Shown piece after piece: positions 27,897 to 36,780 of a stretch of 64,000 bases of DNA. Made by a program: the position numbers and the translations under genes. Positions within the stretch are counted from its first letter, which is position 1. Every line of letters starts with the position of its first letter. The notes under the pieces were generated by a model. It made no database searches, had not been told where the DNA came from, and saw only the letters and a list, made by a program, of their open reading frames with translations. Location of the stretch: assembly GCA_020854065.1 (NCBI GenBank), contig JADZGF010000005.1, forward strand, positions 8,925 to 72,924, in the 5' to 3' direction. This DNA comes from Candidatus Nomurabacteria bacterium. GTDB lineage: Bacteria; Patescibacteriota; Minisyncoccia; Phycocordibacterales; SBAW01.

Positions 27897-28866
27897 ACAG
27901 GCGGGTGTTGCCGCTGTAGCGCTGGTGGCAGCATTTGGTTTGGCGCAAGGTACTGCCGAGGCACCTCACGCTTTTATTTCTCAACAGAATGCCACCGATA
28001 TTCTTTTCTTAGGGGATGTCATGCTCGATCGGGGTGTTGCGCGTCGTGCTGCAACCACAACGCCTGGGCTTGGTGGTGGAGCAATGGTCTCCGGTATGCA
28101 ACCGTTAGTGCATAGTGCCGATGTGGTGGTACTTAATTTCGAAGGCACTATTACCACCAATCCTTCAATTGCACAGCAAGACAACACTATTTTGCGCTTT
28201 ACCTTTACACCTGAGCTTGCCAAGACAATCCTCGAAGCGCTCGAGGTAGATGTGGTTTCCTTAGCAAACAACCATGCACTCGATTTTTATGCAGCGGGGT
28301 ATGAAAGTACCAAGACGTATTTAGACGAGTGGGGAATTGGTCATTTTGGGCATCCGTTAAACAGTCAACATCTCTCCACTATATTTGAGCACGAAGGGAG
28401 AGTGTTGTGCTTTGTGGGATACCACGAGCTCTATGATGCGAATACCGCTTCTGTCGTTGCGGAGATTATTCGTCTGCGCCCGGAGTGCACGAAGATTATC
28501 GTCTTCCCGCACTGGGGTCCGGAATATGAGCCCCTTCCAAGCGCTTCTCAAGTGTCCGAAGCACATGCGTTTATCGATGCAGGTGCCGATATGGTTATTG
28601 GGGCTCACCCCCATGTCGTGCAGCCAATTGAGGTGTACAACGGGAAGCCAATCGCGTACTCCTTGGGCAACTTTATCTTCGACCAGGACTTTTCTTGGGA
28701 GACCAGGCACGGGTTAGCCCTTATGGTGCGCTTACGCGACGAGGGTACCCGTATAACCCTCATCCCTATTGCTATAGAGGGGTCGCGTCCGAGCCCTGCT
28801 CTCGGGGAAGAGAGGACCCGGATTATTGAGGCTGCAGGTGGAGTGGACACCCTAGAGCTGCCATGA
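27865..28866 (+). CDS. CapA/PGA_cap family metallophosphatase (poly-gamma-glutamate-capsule-synthesis-like), secreted
   Basis: A signal-peptide-like N-terminus ([27 protein letters not shown]), [19 protein letters not shown] and SLGNFIF motifs. Start uncertain: the ORF track starts at 27838, overlapping the prfA end. Confidence 0.65.
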   Translation: MPYSRIQRLSKQAGVAAVALVAAFGLAQGTAEAPHAFISQQNATDILFLGDVMLDRGVARRAATTTPGLGGGAMVSGMQPLVHSADVVVLNFEGTITTNPSIAQQDNTILRFTFTPELAKTILEALEVDVVSLANNHALDFYAAGYESTKTYLDEWGIGHFGHPLNSQHLSTIFEHEGRVLCFVGYHELYDANTASVVAEIIRLRPECTKIIVFPHWGPEYEPLPSASQVSEAHAFIDAGADMVIGAHPHVVQPIEVYNGKPIAYSLGNFIFDQDFSWETRHGLALMVRLRDEGTRITLIPIAIEGSRPSPALGEERTRIIEAAGGVDTLELP

Positions 28867-28876
28867 TATGGTAGCT

Positions 28877-28900
28877 GCACAAGGGCTTGTGCCCTTTTTT
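28877..28900 (+). terminator. putative rho-independent terminator
   Basis: GCACAAGGGCTTGTGCC hairpin followed by CTTTTTT. Confidence 0.5.
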
Positions 28901-28908
28901 GTTACAGC

Positions 28909-29598
28909 ATGACTAAAAACACCTTAATTGAGCGGCTTTTCAGCGTTGGCGCGCATTTTGGCTATGCGGCCCGCTACCGCCATCCATCAACTACTTCGTT
29001 TCTCTTTGGTGCAAAGGGCTCGGTGGAGCTTTTCGATCTTGAGAAGACGGCATCTCTTCTTGATCAGGCACTTGCGTTCGTCAAATCTCTCGCAGCGGAG
29101 AAAAAGGTTATTCTCTTCGTCTCTGGCAAAGCTGAGTCTCGCGATACTCTTCGCAGGGTTGCGGAACGCATTGGCCAGCCATATGCTTCAGGTCGTTGGA
29201 TAGGAGGTACCCTCACTAACTGGAATGAGATTAAAAAGCGCCTCGCTCGTTTAGAGGAGCATATCGCTATGCGTGATGGTGGGCAGCTTGCCAAGTTCAC
29301 TAAGCGTGAGCGCCTCCTTATCGATCGCGAGATCACTGATCTTGAGGCTATGTTTGGGGGTCTTCGTGGTATGAGTAAACTCCCTGATGCACTTGTTATC
29401 GTCGACCCACGAGCTGAGAAGGGTGCAGCCGAGGAGGCACGTCAACTCAATATCCCGGTGGTTGCTTTTCTTAACTCTGATTGCGATGCCTCGAGTATTC
29501 AGTATCCAATCCCCGGCAACGATGCGTCTGCAGCGGCAGTCACACTTGTGCTTGATGAAATTGCGAAAGCATATCAGGACGCGACTCCTGCAGCATAA
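28909..29598 (+). CDS. rpsB: 30S ribosomal protein S2
   Basis: LFSVGAHFGY...R..P....F..G.......DLEKT and GGTLTNW, full S2 colinearity. Confidence 0.9.
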   Translation: MTKNTLIERLFSVGAHFGYAARYRHPSTTSFLFGAKGSVELFDLEKTASLLDQALAFVKSLAAEKKVILFVSGKAESRDTLRRVAERIGQPYASGRWIGGTLTNWNEIKKRLARLEEHIAMRDGGQLAKFTKRERLLIDREITDLEAMFGGLRGMSKLPDALVIVDPRAEKGAAEEARQLNIPVVAFLNSDCDASSIQYPIPGNDASAAAVTLVLDEIAKAYQDATPAA

Positions 29599-29615
29599 GG
29601 CACTATAATAGGGTA

Positions 29616-30065
29616 ATGATTACGACGGAGCAAATAAAAGAACTTCGGGAGAAGACCGGTATTTCGATTGCTGAGTGCAAGAAGGCACTTGAGGCAACAG
29701 AAGGAGACATGGCAAAGGCTATGGATATTCTGCGCGAGCGTGCTGCTGCTGCAGTGGGTAAGAAGGCTGATCGTGACTTGGGTGCAGGCTCTGTTGCATC
29801 CTATGTACACGGCACTGCCCAGGTGGGTGCCATGGTTAAGTTGGCCTGCGAGACTGACTTCGTATCCAAGAATGAAGAGTTCGTAGCCCTTGCTCGCGAC
29901 ATTGCTATGCACGCCACTGCGATGAAGCCAACATCAATCGTTGAGCTTCTCGAGCAGCCGTTCATCAAGAACCCTGAGAGTATGATTAAAGACCTCATTT
30001 CTGCCGCTACGCAGAAGTTTGGCGAGCGTATTGAGGTCTCGGAACTCAGTGTTTTCTCCGTCTAA
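29616..30065 (+). CDS. tsf: elongation factor Ts (short form, 149 aa)
   Basis: ITTEQIKELREKTGISIAECKKALEATEGDMAKAMDILRE is the N-terminal UBA-like EF-Ts signature. Immediately downstream of rpsB (conserved rpsB-tsf pairing). Confidence 0.85.
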   Translation: MITTEQIKELREKTGISIAECKKALEATEGDMAKAMDILRERAAAAVGKKADRDLGAGSVASYVHGTAQVGAMVKLACETDFVSKNEEFVALARDIAMHATAMKPTSIVELLEQPFIKNPESMIKDLISAATQKFGERIEVSELSVFSV

Positions 30066-30084
30066 ACTGGTACAATAAGGGGGT

Positions 30085-30495
30085 ATGGCAACCTTCTTCA
30101 TGGCAACCCTTGCCGTCTCAATTGTGGGACTTATCACCCTTATCTCGCTTAAGCATTGGGAACTGACCAGCGGTAAAGTCGTTCTAGGAAGTATTCGTCC
30201 CACCGTGGGAGAGTTTCTTCACAGACTTGTGTACTTCTTTGAGTATTCGCTTCCGCTCCTTATCAAAGCATTCATCGTGCGCGCTATCGCAGCGCTGCGT
30301 CGCGGCATGCACGCTGCAGTTGCGTGGGCCGTCTTCTTCACCGAGCGAGTTCTTGAATCAACCTTGGTTCGCTTGCGTCGCAAGACAGATCTTCCGTTAG
30401 TGCGTCGCACCCAGTCATCTCACTTCTTGCGCGAGGTTGCGGAGCATAAGAAAAAGCTCCAGGAGATAGAAGATCGGGCTATCTACGAGGATTAA
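30085..30495 (+). CDS. hypothetical membrane protein
   Basis: 136 aa with two predicted TM helices. No motif recognised. Confidence 0.35.
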   Translation: MATFFMATLAVSIVGLITLISLKHWELTSGKVVLGSIRPTVGEFLHRLVYFFEYSLPLLIKAFIVRAIAALRRGMHAAVAWAVFFTERVLESTLVRLRRKTDLPLVRRTQSSHFLREVAEHKKKLQEIEDRAIYED

Positions 30496-30530
30496 AAATA
30501 GGGTATAGTAACCCCGTTCCGCACTCTTTT

Positions 30531-30606
30531 GCCGGAGTAGCTCAGTTGGTAGAGCGCCGCTTTTGTAAAGCGAGGGTCGCCGGTTCAAGCCCGGCCTCCG
30601 GCTCCA
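30531..30606 (+). tRNA. tRNA-Thr (anticodon TGT), CCA encoded
   Basis: Cloverleaf folds by hand: acceptor GCCGGAG/CTCCGGC, D-arm GCTC-AGTTGGTA-GAGC, anticodon stem CCGCT/AGCGA with loop TTTGTAA (U33, anticodon TGT, A37), 5 nt variable loop, T-arm GCCGG-TTCAAGC-CCGGC, discriminator T and a CCA tail. Confidence 0.8.
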
Positions 30607-30608
30607 AT

Positions 30609-31286
30609 TTATCGTTCCGTGGTCGTTGCAGTGGTCGTCGAGAGCGTAGAAAGTTCAGGGATGAGCTCTTCCATCTGCTCGAGATTGCGGAAGCCGTATA
30701 CCGGTGCGCGATCGTTGATGATCAGTGCAGGGAGGTCGCCGCGTACTTTACGCAAGGCGATCAGTGTCTGAAGTGCCGAGAGGTTTAGATTGTAGTCAAA
30801 CGAGTATACGCGGAGTCCCGGGTACGTCTGGCGCAAGTAGGTGAGTACTTCGCCGAGGCGAGCACAGTCGGTGCAGTCTCCCGTGTTGCTGTAGAAGTAG
30901 AGCACATATACCGGCTCAAAAGATGAGCACTTCTGTGACACCTCTTGGAGGAGAAGATAGTCTTTGATCTGGAGAAGTGAGTATTGTTTCTTAAGAGAAA
31001 TTACTTCTGCGTTGTCGCTGCCGAGGTTTCCTTCTGCGACACTGAGGCGACTTGCAAGCTCATCAAGCTCATCCGAGAGAACTGGATTATCTGCAATGAT
31101 GGAGCAGGGCAAGTTGCCCAATAGATCAAACTGAGTTTCAAGCGAGAGTATGTCGATAGAGACTGCCTCTTGCGTTGCGCGAATATCCGCGACGCGGGCG
31201 CTATCAAATCGTGCGGCAATATAAAAGGCTGTGCCGAAAATGGCAGCAGTAATACCAAACGCAAGGATATATTTTTGCCAACTCAT
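30609..31286 (-). CDS. membrane-anchored thioredoxin-like CxxC protein (putative)
   Basis: N-terminal TM helix (ILAFGITAAIFGTAFYIAA) and a CTDC motif in an otherwise thioredoxin-sized soluble domain. Weak. Confidence 0.35.
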   Translation of the reverse strand: MSWQKYILAFGITAAIFGTAFYIAARFDSARVADIRATQEAVSIDILSLETQFDLLGNLPCSIIADNPVLSDELDELASRLSVAEGNLGSDNAEVISLKKQYSLLQIKDYLLLQEVSQKCSSFEPVYVLYFYSNTGDCTDCARLGEVLTYLRQTYPGLRVYSFDYNLNLSALQTLIALRKVRGDLPALIINDRAPVYGFRNLEQMEELIPELSTLSTTTATTTER

Positions 31287-31298
31287 GACGTACGTGTT

Positions 31299-32531
31299 TT
31301 ACCGCCAAACGCTCTCGCGCGCAAGGAGTGCACCCCAAGCCGCCTTTACAAGCCACAATGGTGCGATAAAGCCGTAGAGTGCAAAGTATGCAACAAACGA
31401 GCGGGGTTTAAGAGAGGTTTGAGATATTTTGGCACCCATATAGATCGCAAAGAGTGTCAGTGAGATCACCGTTACGGTGACGAAGATAATCATACTGGTT
31501 TGGATGTAGAACCAATCAAAGTGGAAGGATGGCATGTGAAGTGGAATGCCCGTTGCTGAGTAATCTGCGATGCGATTCACTATGAGCGACGTTACGGTGT
31601 AGAGCATGTATCCTGCGGTATAGAGACCTGCGGCAAATGCAGCAAGACCAAAGGGCAGGACGAGCATACCGAAGTTTCCATATTTGCGATTAAAGAACAT
31701 GTGTGCGTAGTCTTTGCTGTTTTGGAGGAACCCTTGTGACCAGCGTGTTCGCTGCTTTACCAACGCACGCACTGTTTTCGGTACGGTCGTGTATACATAC
31801 GCAGTGTGTGCATTCACAATCTTGAGTCCATGAGAGTGCATGCGGAATGCGATTTCCATGTCTTCGGTGTTGTGCGCGTGTTTAAAGAGACCAATCTTTT
31901 TAAATACCTCGCGGCGATAGAGAGAGAAGGGGCCAGGCAATACTGAGATAGCCGAGAGGTTGTCGAACATTTTTTTATAGAAAATACCGAATGTATATTC
32001 GACTGCCTGCATCAGTTCAAGTGCATTCTTTGGCTCATGTACCTTCATTGCTGGAGTAATGGCCATGATGCTCGGATTATCATTTAAACTCTTTATCACT
32101 TCGATCAGCGCATCTTGAGCAACAAACGAGTCAGCGTCCAGGCATCCCACAATGTCTGCAGTTGCGTTCTCGATACCGAAGTTAAGTGCAGTGTATTTGC
32201 CACCATTTTCTTTGGTGTAGAAACGGACGTTTGGATATTTTGCAGCATAGGTCTGGGCAATAGAAGCGGTATTATCCGTGGATCCATCATCAACAACTGT
32301 CACGGTCAATTTGTCCTGCGGATACTCCATCGCAAGGAGAGATTCGATGGTCTTGCCTACCGTCTCTTGCTCGTTAAAGCAGGGCACCAAGATATCTACC
32401 GTCGGGTAGAAGGCAGGACGGAGCGCGCTCTTTTTGCTAGGGCGTTTTTCTAGGAAGCTAATGAGCAAAAACACCTCAAAGTAGAGGGCAATAAAAAGAC
32501 ACACATACAGGCCAAGGGCCCCGATTTCCAT
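31299..32531 (-). CDS. processive family 2 glycosyltransferase (cellulose/chitin/PNAG synthase-like) with C-terminal TM helices
   Basis: VDILVPCFNE...VVDDGSTDNT (DXD region), the Q(Q/R)XRW motif as KQRTRWSQG, and multiple TM segments at both ends. Confidence 0.75.
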   Translation of the reverse strand: MEIGALGLYVCLFIALYFEVFLLISFLEKRPSKKSALRPAFYPTVDILVPCFNEQETVGKTIESLLAMEYPQDKLTVTVVDDGSTDNTASIAQTYAAKYPNVRFYTKENGGKYTALNFGIENATADIVGCLDADSFVAQDALIEVIKSLNDNPSIMAITPAMKVHEPKNALELMQAVEYTFGIFYKKMFDNLSAISVLPGPFSLYRREVFKKIGLFKHAHNTEDMEIAFRMHSHGLKIVNAHTAYVYTTVPKTVRALVKQRTRWSQGFLQNSKDYAHMFFNRKYGNFGMLVLPFGLAAFAAGLYTAGYMLYTVTSLIVNRIADYSATGIPLHMPSFHFDWFYIQTSMIIFVTVTVISLTLFAIYMGAKISQTSLKPRSFVAYFALYGFIAPLWLVKAAWGALLARESVWR

Positions 32532-32587
32532 ACGCTACAGTATAGCATTTTTGCCCATATTTGACACCCCCTAGCTTTGTGGTCCGA

Positions 32588-33721
32588 TTATCGGACCTGG
32601 GCACCATATTCGGCAGCGGTTTTCTGCTCAAGTGCTTTATGGAGCGCGTCTACCTCCTCACTGGTGAGTGTTCGATCAAGTGAGCGGTACACAATGCGAT
32701 ACGTGTAGCTTATCTTATCCGCCCCGAACTTTTCTGCACTTTCGAACTTGTCTAAAAGGGAGACTTCTTCGATGAGATCTTCGCCCACAGTCTCGCGGAT
32801 AAGGTCAAAGTAGTCATTGGGGGCAAAACGTTTGTCGACAATGAAAGAAATGTCGCGCACTACTGCTGGGTACTTGCTAACCTCTTTGTACTTCTGCCCA
32901 AGCTTCAGCTGAGCTGTTACGCGCGGGTCTGTGGACCATAAAAGGCGTATGTCAGGGAGTTCCATGCTGATAATAGCAAGACGCTCTAACCCAAAGCCGA
33001 ACGCCCATCCGTTGTATCCCTCAAGCCCCATCTTTTTGAGTACTGATTTCTTTGGCATACCGCTGCCAAGAATCTCAATCCAGCGATCTCCCACCTTTAC
33101 CTCAACTTGGAGCGACGGATCAGTGTAGGGGAAAGTATCATCCAAAAAGCGGTATTCAATACCACTGCCAAAGAGTCCTTCAACGACTTCGGTTAAGACA
33201 CGCTTCAATTCATCAAGCGGCATGATGCCTTTTGAATCAGGCTGCAAGAGCCATCCACCAAACTGGTGGAAGACATTCATGTGACGATTATCTATCTCGT
33301 CTTTGCGGTATACCTTGCCATAGCAGACGCAACCGACATCTTCGCCGCGAGCAATACGCTCTTTAACCTCGGGCAAATTGAGGTAGTAATACCACATGAC
33401 CGTGTCATGGGGGCGTAAGATATCAGTCTTAGTTGCGTAGTAGGTGTCCGAGGGGCTGCGTGCCGGGTGATCAGGAGGGAAATCAAAGAGATCAAAGGCA
33501 ATGGTGGTCGGTACGATCTCCGGAATGATGATGTTGTCGAGTGTTGAGAGGGTAGGAGTTGCCCGGGCACGCTCTACTAACTCATAGAGCGGGTGTCCAG
33601 GTGTGCGGGAGAGATCCGGCATCGACAATACGCGCTTCATACGCAAAGCGTCGGTGTCTTGCCGTGACTCAAGACTTTTTTTGGTCTCCTCTTCGGTCTT
33701 TGTGTCTATACGGTATTCCAT
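32588..33721 (-). CDS. pheS: phenylalanine--tRNA ligase, monomeric mitochondrial-like type (PheS catalytic core + C-terminal FDX-ACB anticodon-binding domain)
   Basis: Class II PheRS alpha motifs (DHPARSPSDTYY, LRPHDTVMWYYY, GKVYRKDEIDNRHMNVFHQFGG, GFGLERLA). The C-terminal roughly 95 aa (SKYPAVVRDISFIV...NDYFDLIRETVGEDLIEEVSLLDKF...YRIVYRSLDRTLTSEEV) matches the FDX-ACB domain that ends monomeric mitochondrial PheRS. Confidence 0.75.
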   Translation of the reverse strand: MEYRIDTKTEEETKKSLESRQDTDALRMKRVLSMPDLSRTPGHPLYELVERARATPTLSTLDNIIIPEIVPTTIAFDLFDFPPDHPARSPSDTYYATKTDILRPHDTVMWYYYLNLPEVKERIARGEDVGCVCYGKVYRKDEIDNRHMNVFHQFGGWLLQPDSKGIMPLDELKRVLTEVVEGLFGSGIEYRFLDDTFPYTDPSLQVEVKVGDRWIEILGSGMPKKSVLKKMGLEGYNGWAFGFGLERLAIISMELPDIRLLWSTDPRVTAQLKLGQKYKEVSKYPAVVRDISFIVDKRFAPNDYFDLIRETVGEDLIEEVSLLDKFESAEKFGADKISYTYRIVYRSLDRTLTSEEVDALHKALEQKTAAEYGAQVR

Positions 33722-33754
33722 AAAATGTCGCTCTCATACTATATGATAAGTCAT

Positions 33755-33790
33755 TAAAAAAGAAGACCGCCATGTGATTACATGGCGGAA
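33755..33790 (-). terminator. putative rho-independent terminator downstream of 33803..34246 (minus strand)
   Basis: CCGCCATGT-GATT-ACATGGCGG hairpin. On the minus strand it is followed by UCUUCUUUUUU. Confidence 0.5.
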
Positions 33791-33802
33791 GTGGTAAAAG
33801 AT

Positions 33803-34246
33803 TCAGCAGCGCTTGTAGAAACCGTTCAGTACGCTTGCTGGCATCATTTTCAGATCTTGTGTCAGGCCACCTTGGTGCCTAATCCACTCCTGCACCACTT
33901 TCGGGTAAGAGTTCATCATGGAGTTGGTGACCTTTGGGTTGGGGCCAGCGTAGTGCTGGGTCGCGAAGAATCCGTAATTGCGCAGCTCCACATCGAATGC
34001 CGCATGGAAACCAAAGACTGCACGGTTCGTGACACACACCTTCTTGCGCGGCACGTAGCTCAGGACCAGTGTGCAGGCCGAGAGGCATTTTCCGTCGATC
34101 ATCACCGAGTATCCGGCTGCCCGGATACCTTTGTATAACTCGATGTACGCTTCAACTCTGCCGCCCGGGTCATCACTAATTCGGACCTGGGCGTGTGCCG
34201 GAGCACTCATGAGTGCCGCAAAGAGCAAAAGCAAAACGTATCGCAT
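33803..34246 (-). CDS. secreted ClpP/SppA-like (crotonase-fold) protease-family protein, putative
   Basis: Signal peptide MRYVLLLLFAALMSAPAHA. DDPGGRVEAYIELYKGIRAAGYSVMIDGKCLSACTLVL resembles the INSPGG....Y......GxAAS region of ClpP/S49 peptidases. Start taken at the internal Met; the ORF track extends to 34378. Confidence 0.4.
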   Translation of the reverse strand: MRYVLLLLFAALMSAPAHAQVRISDDPGGRVEAYIELYKGIRAAGYSVMIDGKCLSACTLVLSYVPRKKVCVTNRAVFGFHAAFDVELRNYGFFATQHYAGPNPKVTNSMMNSYPKVVQEWIRHQGGLTQDLKMMPASVLNGFYKRC

Positions 34247-34394
34247 AGGAGTCCTTCTCCTCCACCAGTTGCTCTGCCACAACGGTACCACTTTATCCTT
34301 ATTTAGCAAGCTTATTTGTGGGTGGAGGGGCTTCCAAAAAGGGTTAAAATTTGTTAATATATAGGGGTAGGCCCGCATAGGGTTTAGCTAACTA

Positions 34395-36452
34395 ATGGCC
34401 GAGGAAAAGACTAAAAAATCCAATTACGGTGCCGACGCCATTACCGTCCTCGAGGGTCTCGAGGCAGTCCGGCGCCGTCCGGGTATGTACATCGGTACCA
34501 CGGGTCCCGATGGTCTTCATCATTTGCTCTGGGAGGTATTTGATAACAGCCGGGATGAAGCAATGGGTGGTTTTGCTGATGAAATTGAGGTCGTGCTCTT
34601 GCCGGGCAACATGGTTCGCAATGCGGACAATGGGCGTGGTATTCCGGTTGAAGTACACAAGCAAACCAAGGTTTCTACACTTGAGACCGTTCTCACGATT
34701 TTGCATGCGGGTGGTAAGTTCGGTGGTGAAGGATACAAAGTATCCGGCGGTTTACACGGTGTCGGTGTCTCGGTGGTGAACGCGCTTTCAACGAAGCTGG
34801 TTGCGGAGGTTCATCGCGATGGGGCAGCCCATGTGCAGGAGTACTCAATTGGCAAACCGAAAGGGAAGATAAAAAAGATAGGAGCAAGTAAACTCCACGG
34901 TACCGTTATTACCTTCACCCCAGACGATTCCATCTTTACAGGGGGTATCGAAATGAGCTTCGAAAAAATAGTCTCGCATTTGCGTGAGCAAGCATATCTC
35001 GTCAAAGGGCTGCGCATTCGGATTATTGATGCACGTAACTCTTCGGTAAAAATCCCTGCATCAGGCGAAGAGCTATTTGTGGGGCATCTGTTCACCGATT
35101 GTCCATCGCAAACCTTCTATTTCGAAGGAGGCCTTCGTTCGCTCATTTCCTTCCACAACCGATACCTCAAACCGATTCATAAGAATATCTTCTATATCGA
35201 GAAGGAGATAGATGATGTATCAGTCGAGATTGCACTCCAATATGTAGATGACATCTCTTCCCGCGTATTTCCGTTTGCAAACAACATATACAACACCGAG
35301 GGAGGTACCCATATCACGGGTTTTAAGACTGCACTTACCCGCACTCTTAACTCATATGGCCGCAAGGCAGGGATTGTAAAAGAGAGTGAAGAAAACTTCA
35401 CCGGGGATGACGTGCTTGAGGGTCTCTCGGCAGTCGTATCGGTAAAACTTCGGGAGATTCAATTCGAAGGCCAGACCAAAGGCAAACTTGGGTCTGTTGA
35501 AGCACGTGGCGCTGTTGAAAGCGTCTTTAGCGAAGCATTCGGGGTTTTTCTCGAAGAGAACCCTGACGATGCAAAAGCGATAATCAGCAAGTCGGTCTTG
35601 GCGATGAAGGCGCGTAAAGCGGCTAAAGCTGCCAAAGACTCGATATTGCGCAAAGGCGCACTTGAGGGCATGACGCTCCCAGGCAAACTCGCTGATTGCC
35701 AAAGCAAAGATGCATCAGAGTCTGAGCTCTTTGTGGTGGAGGGCGATTCTGCAGGTGGTTCAGCAAAAATGGGTCGTGATCGCCGTACACAAGCAATCTT
35801 GCCGCTTCGTGGCAAGATCCTCAACGTTGAACGTGCACGGCTCGATAAGATGCTGGGCTCTGAGCAGATCAAAAACTTGGTCGTGGCGTTAGGCACCGCA
35901 ATCGGTGAGACATTTAATATCGAGAAACTCCGCTACCATAAAATCATCCTCGCTACCGATGCCGATGTTGACGGTGCACACATTCGCACACTGCTTTTGA
36001 CACTACTCTTCCGCCATTTCCGACCCATCATCGAGGGTGGTTTTGTCTACATTGCACAACCACCGCTCTATAAGATTAAGAAGGGTAAAGAGGTTCACTA
36101 CGCATACTCTGATGAGGAGAAGTTTAAGATCGTCGGCGATGAGCCGGTTGAGGAAGGCGAACCACAGGAGTCTCCAGAAGGGGAAACACCAACTGAAGAA
36201 GCGGAGGAGAAAGCAGCGTCTAACCCTAAGAAATCAAAATTCCAAATCCAGCGCTACAAAGGTCTTGGAGAGATGAACCCTGAGGAATTGTGGGAGACCA
36301 CGATGAACCCGGAAAACCGCGTGCTTAAACAAGTTACGATCGACGATGCAGCGGATGCAGATCGTGTATTCGATATTTTGATGGGTGAGGATGTTTCAAG
36401 CCGCAAGAGCTTTATCCAAAGCAATGCGAAGTCGGCAAACTTGGATATCTAA
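34395..36452 (+). CDS. gyrB: DNA gyrase subunit B (type IIA topoisomerase ATPase subunit)
   Basis: GHKL ATPase motifs (LHHLLWEVFDNSRDEA, GLHGVGVSVVNALS), TOPRIM (EGDSAGGSA, LATDADVDGAHI) and C-terminal QRYKGLGEMNPE. Confidence 0.9.
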   Translation: MAEEKTKKSNYGADAITVLEGLEAVRRRPGMYIGTTGPDGLHHLLWEVFDNSRDEAMGGFADEIEVVLLPGNMVRNADNGRGIPVEVHKQTKVSTLETVLTILHAGGKFGGEGYKVSGGLHGVGVSVVNALSTKLVAEVHRDGAAHVQEYSIGKPKGKIKKIGASKLHGTVITFTPDDSIFTGGIEMSFEKIVSHLREQAYLVKGLRIRIIDARNSSVKIPASGEELFVGHLFTDCPSQTFYFEGGLRSLISFHNRYLKPIHKNIFYIEKEIDDVSVEIALQYVDDISSRVFPFANNIYNTEGGTHITGFKTALTRTLNSYGRKAGIVKESEENFTGDDVLEGLSAVVSVKLREIQFEGQTKGKLGSVEARGAVESVFSEAFGVFLEENPDDAKAIISKSVLAMKARKAAKAAKDSILRKGALEGMTLPGKLADCQSKDASESELFVVEGDSAGGSAKMGRDRRTQAILPLRGKILNVERARLDKMLGSEQIKNLVVALGTAIGETFNIEKLRYHKIILATDADVDGAHIRTLLLTLLFRHFRPIIEGGFVYIAQPPLYKIKKGKEVHYAYSDEEKFKIVGDEPVEEGEPQESPEGETPTEEAEEKAASNPKKSKFQIQRYKGLGEMNPEELWETTMNPENRVLKQVTIDDAADADRVFDILMGEDVSSRKSFIQSNAKSANLDI

Positions 36453-36489
36453 CGGAGTTGAGTATAATCGGGGAAGAAAGGAGAACACT

Positions 36490-36732
36490 ATGCGGTACAA
36501 AGATGCGCGCCGGAATGTGGATCTCGCTCATCGTGGGTATCGGTATGAACGAGTTGTTTGGGCATGCCAAAACCTCTTTGTGCTCGGTGTGCCTATCTCG
36601 TACAAAGCAATTGCTCGGTGGCTGGGCCTGACTATCGACCATTTCTATCGAGTCTGGCTCCGGCGAAGCCTCCTGCTCACCAATGTTGTTCACCACTATA
36701 GAAAGCTGCAGAGAACACTAGCGGCAGCATAA
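36490..36732 (+). CDS. small hypothetical protein with HTH-like segment
   Basis: An 80 aa ORF with a strong Shine-Dalgarno (AAAGGAG, 9 nt before ATG 36490) lying inside the 3' end of gyrB. ISYKAIARWLGLT resembles an HTH recognition unit. The ORF track starts at 36385, inside gyrB. Confidence 0.35.
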   Translation: MRYKDARRNVDLAHRGYRYERVVWACQNLFVLGVPISYKAIARWLGLTIDHFYRVWLRRSLLLTNVVHHYRKLQRTLAAA

Positions 36733-36748
36733 TATGTTTCGATAACGA

Positions 36749-36780
36749 AAAACCCCGGCCAGGAGCCGGGGGTTTTTGTT
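36749..36780. terminator. bidirectional rho-independent terminator
   Basis: AAAACCCCGGCC-AGGA-GCCGGGGGTTTTTGTTTT lies between convergent genes (36732 + / 36781 -), with A-run and T-run flanks. Confidence 0.7.
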
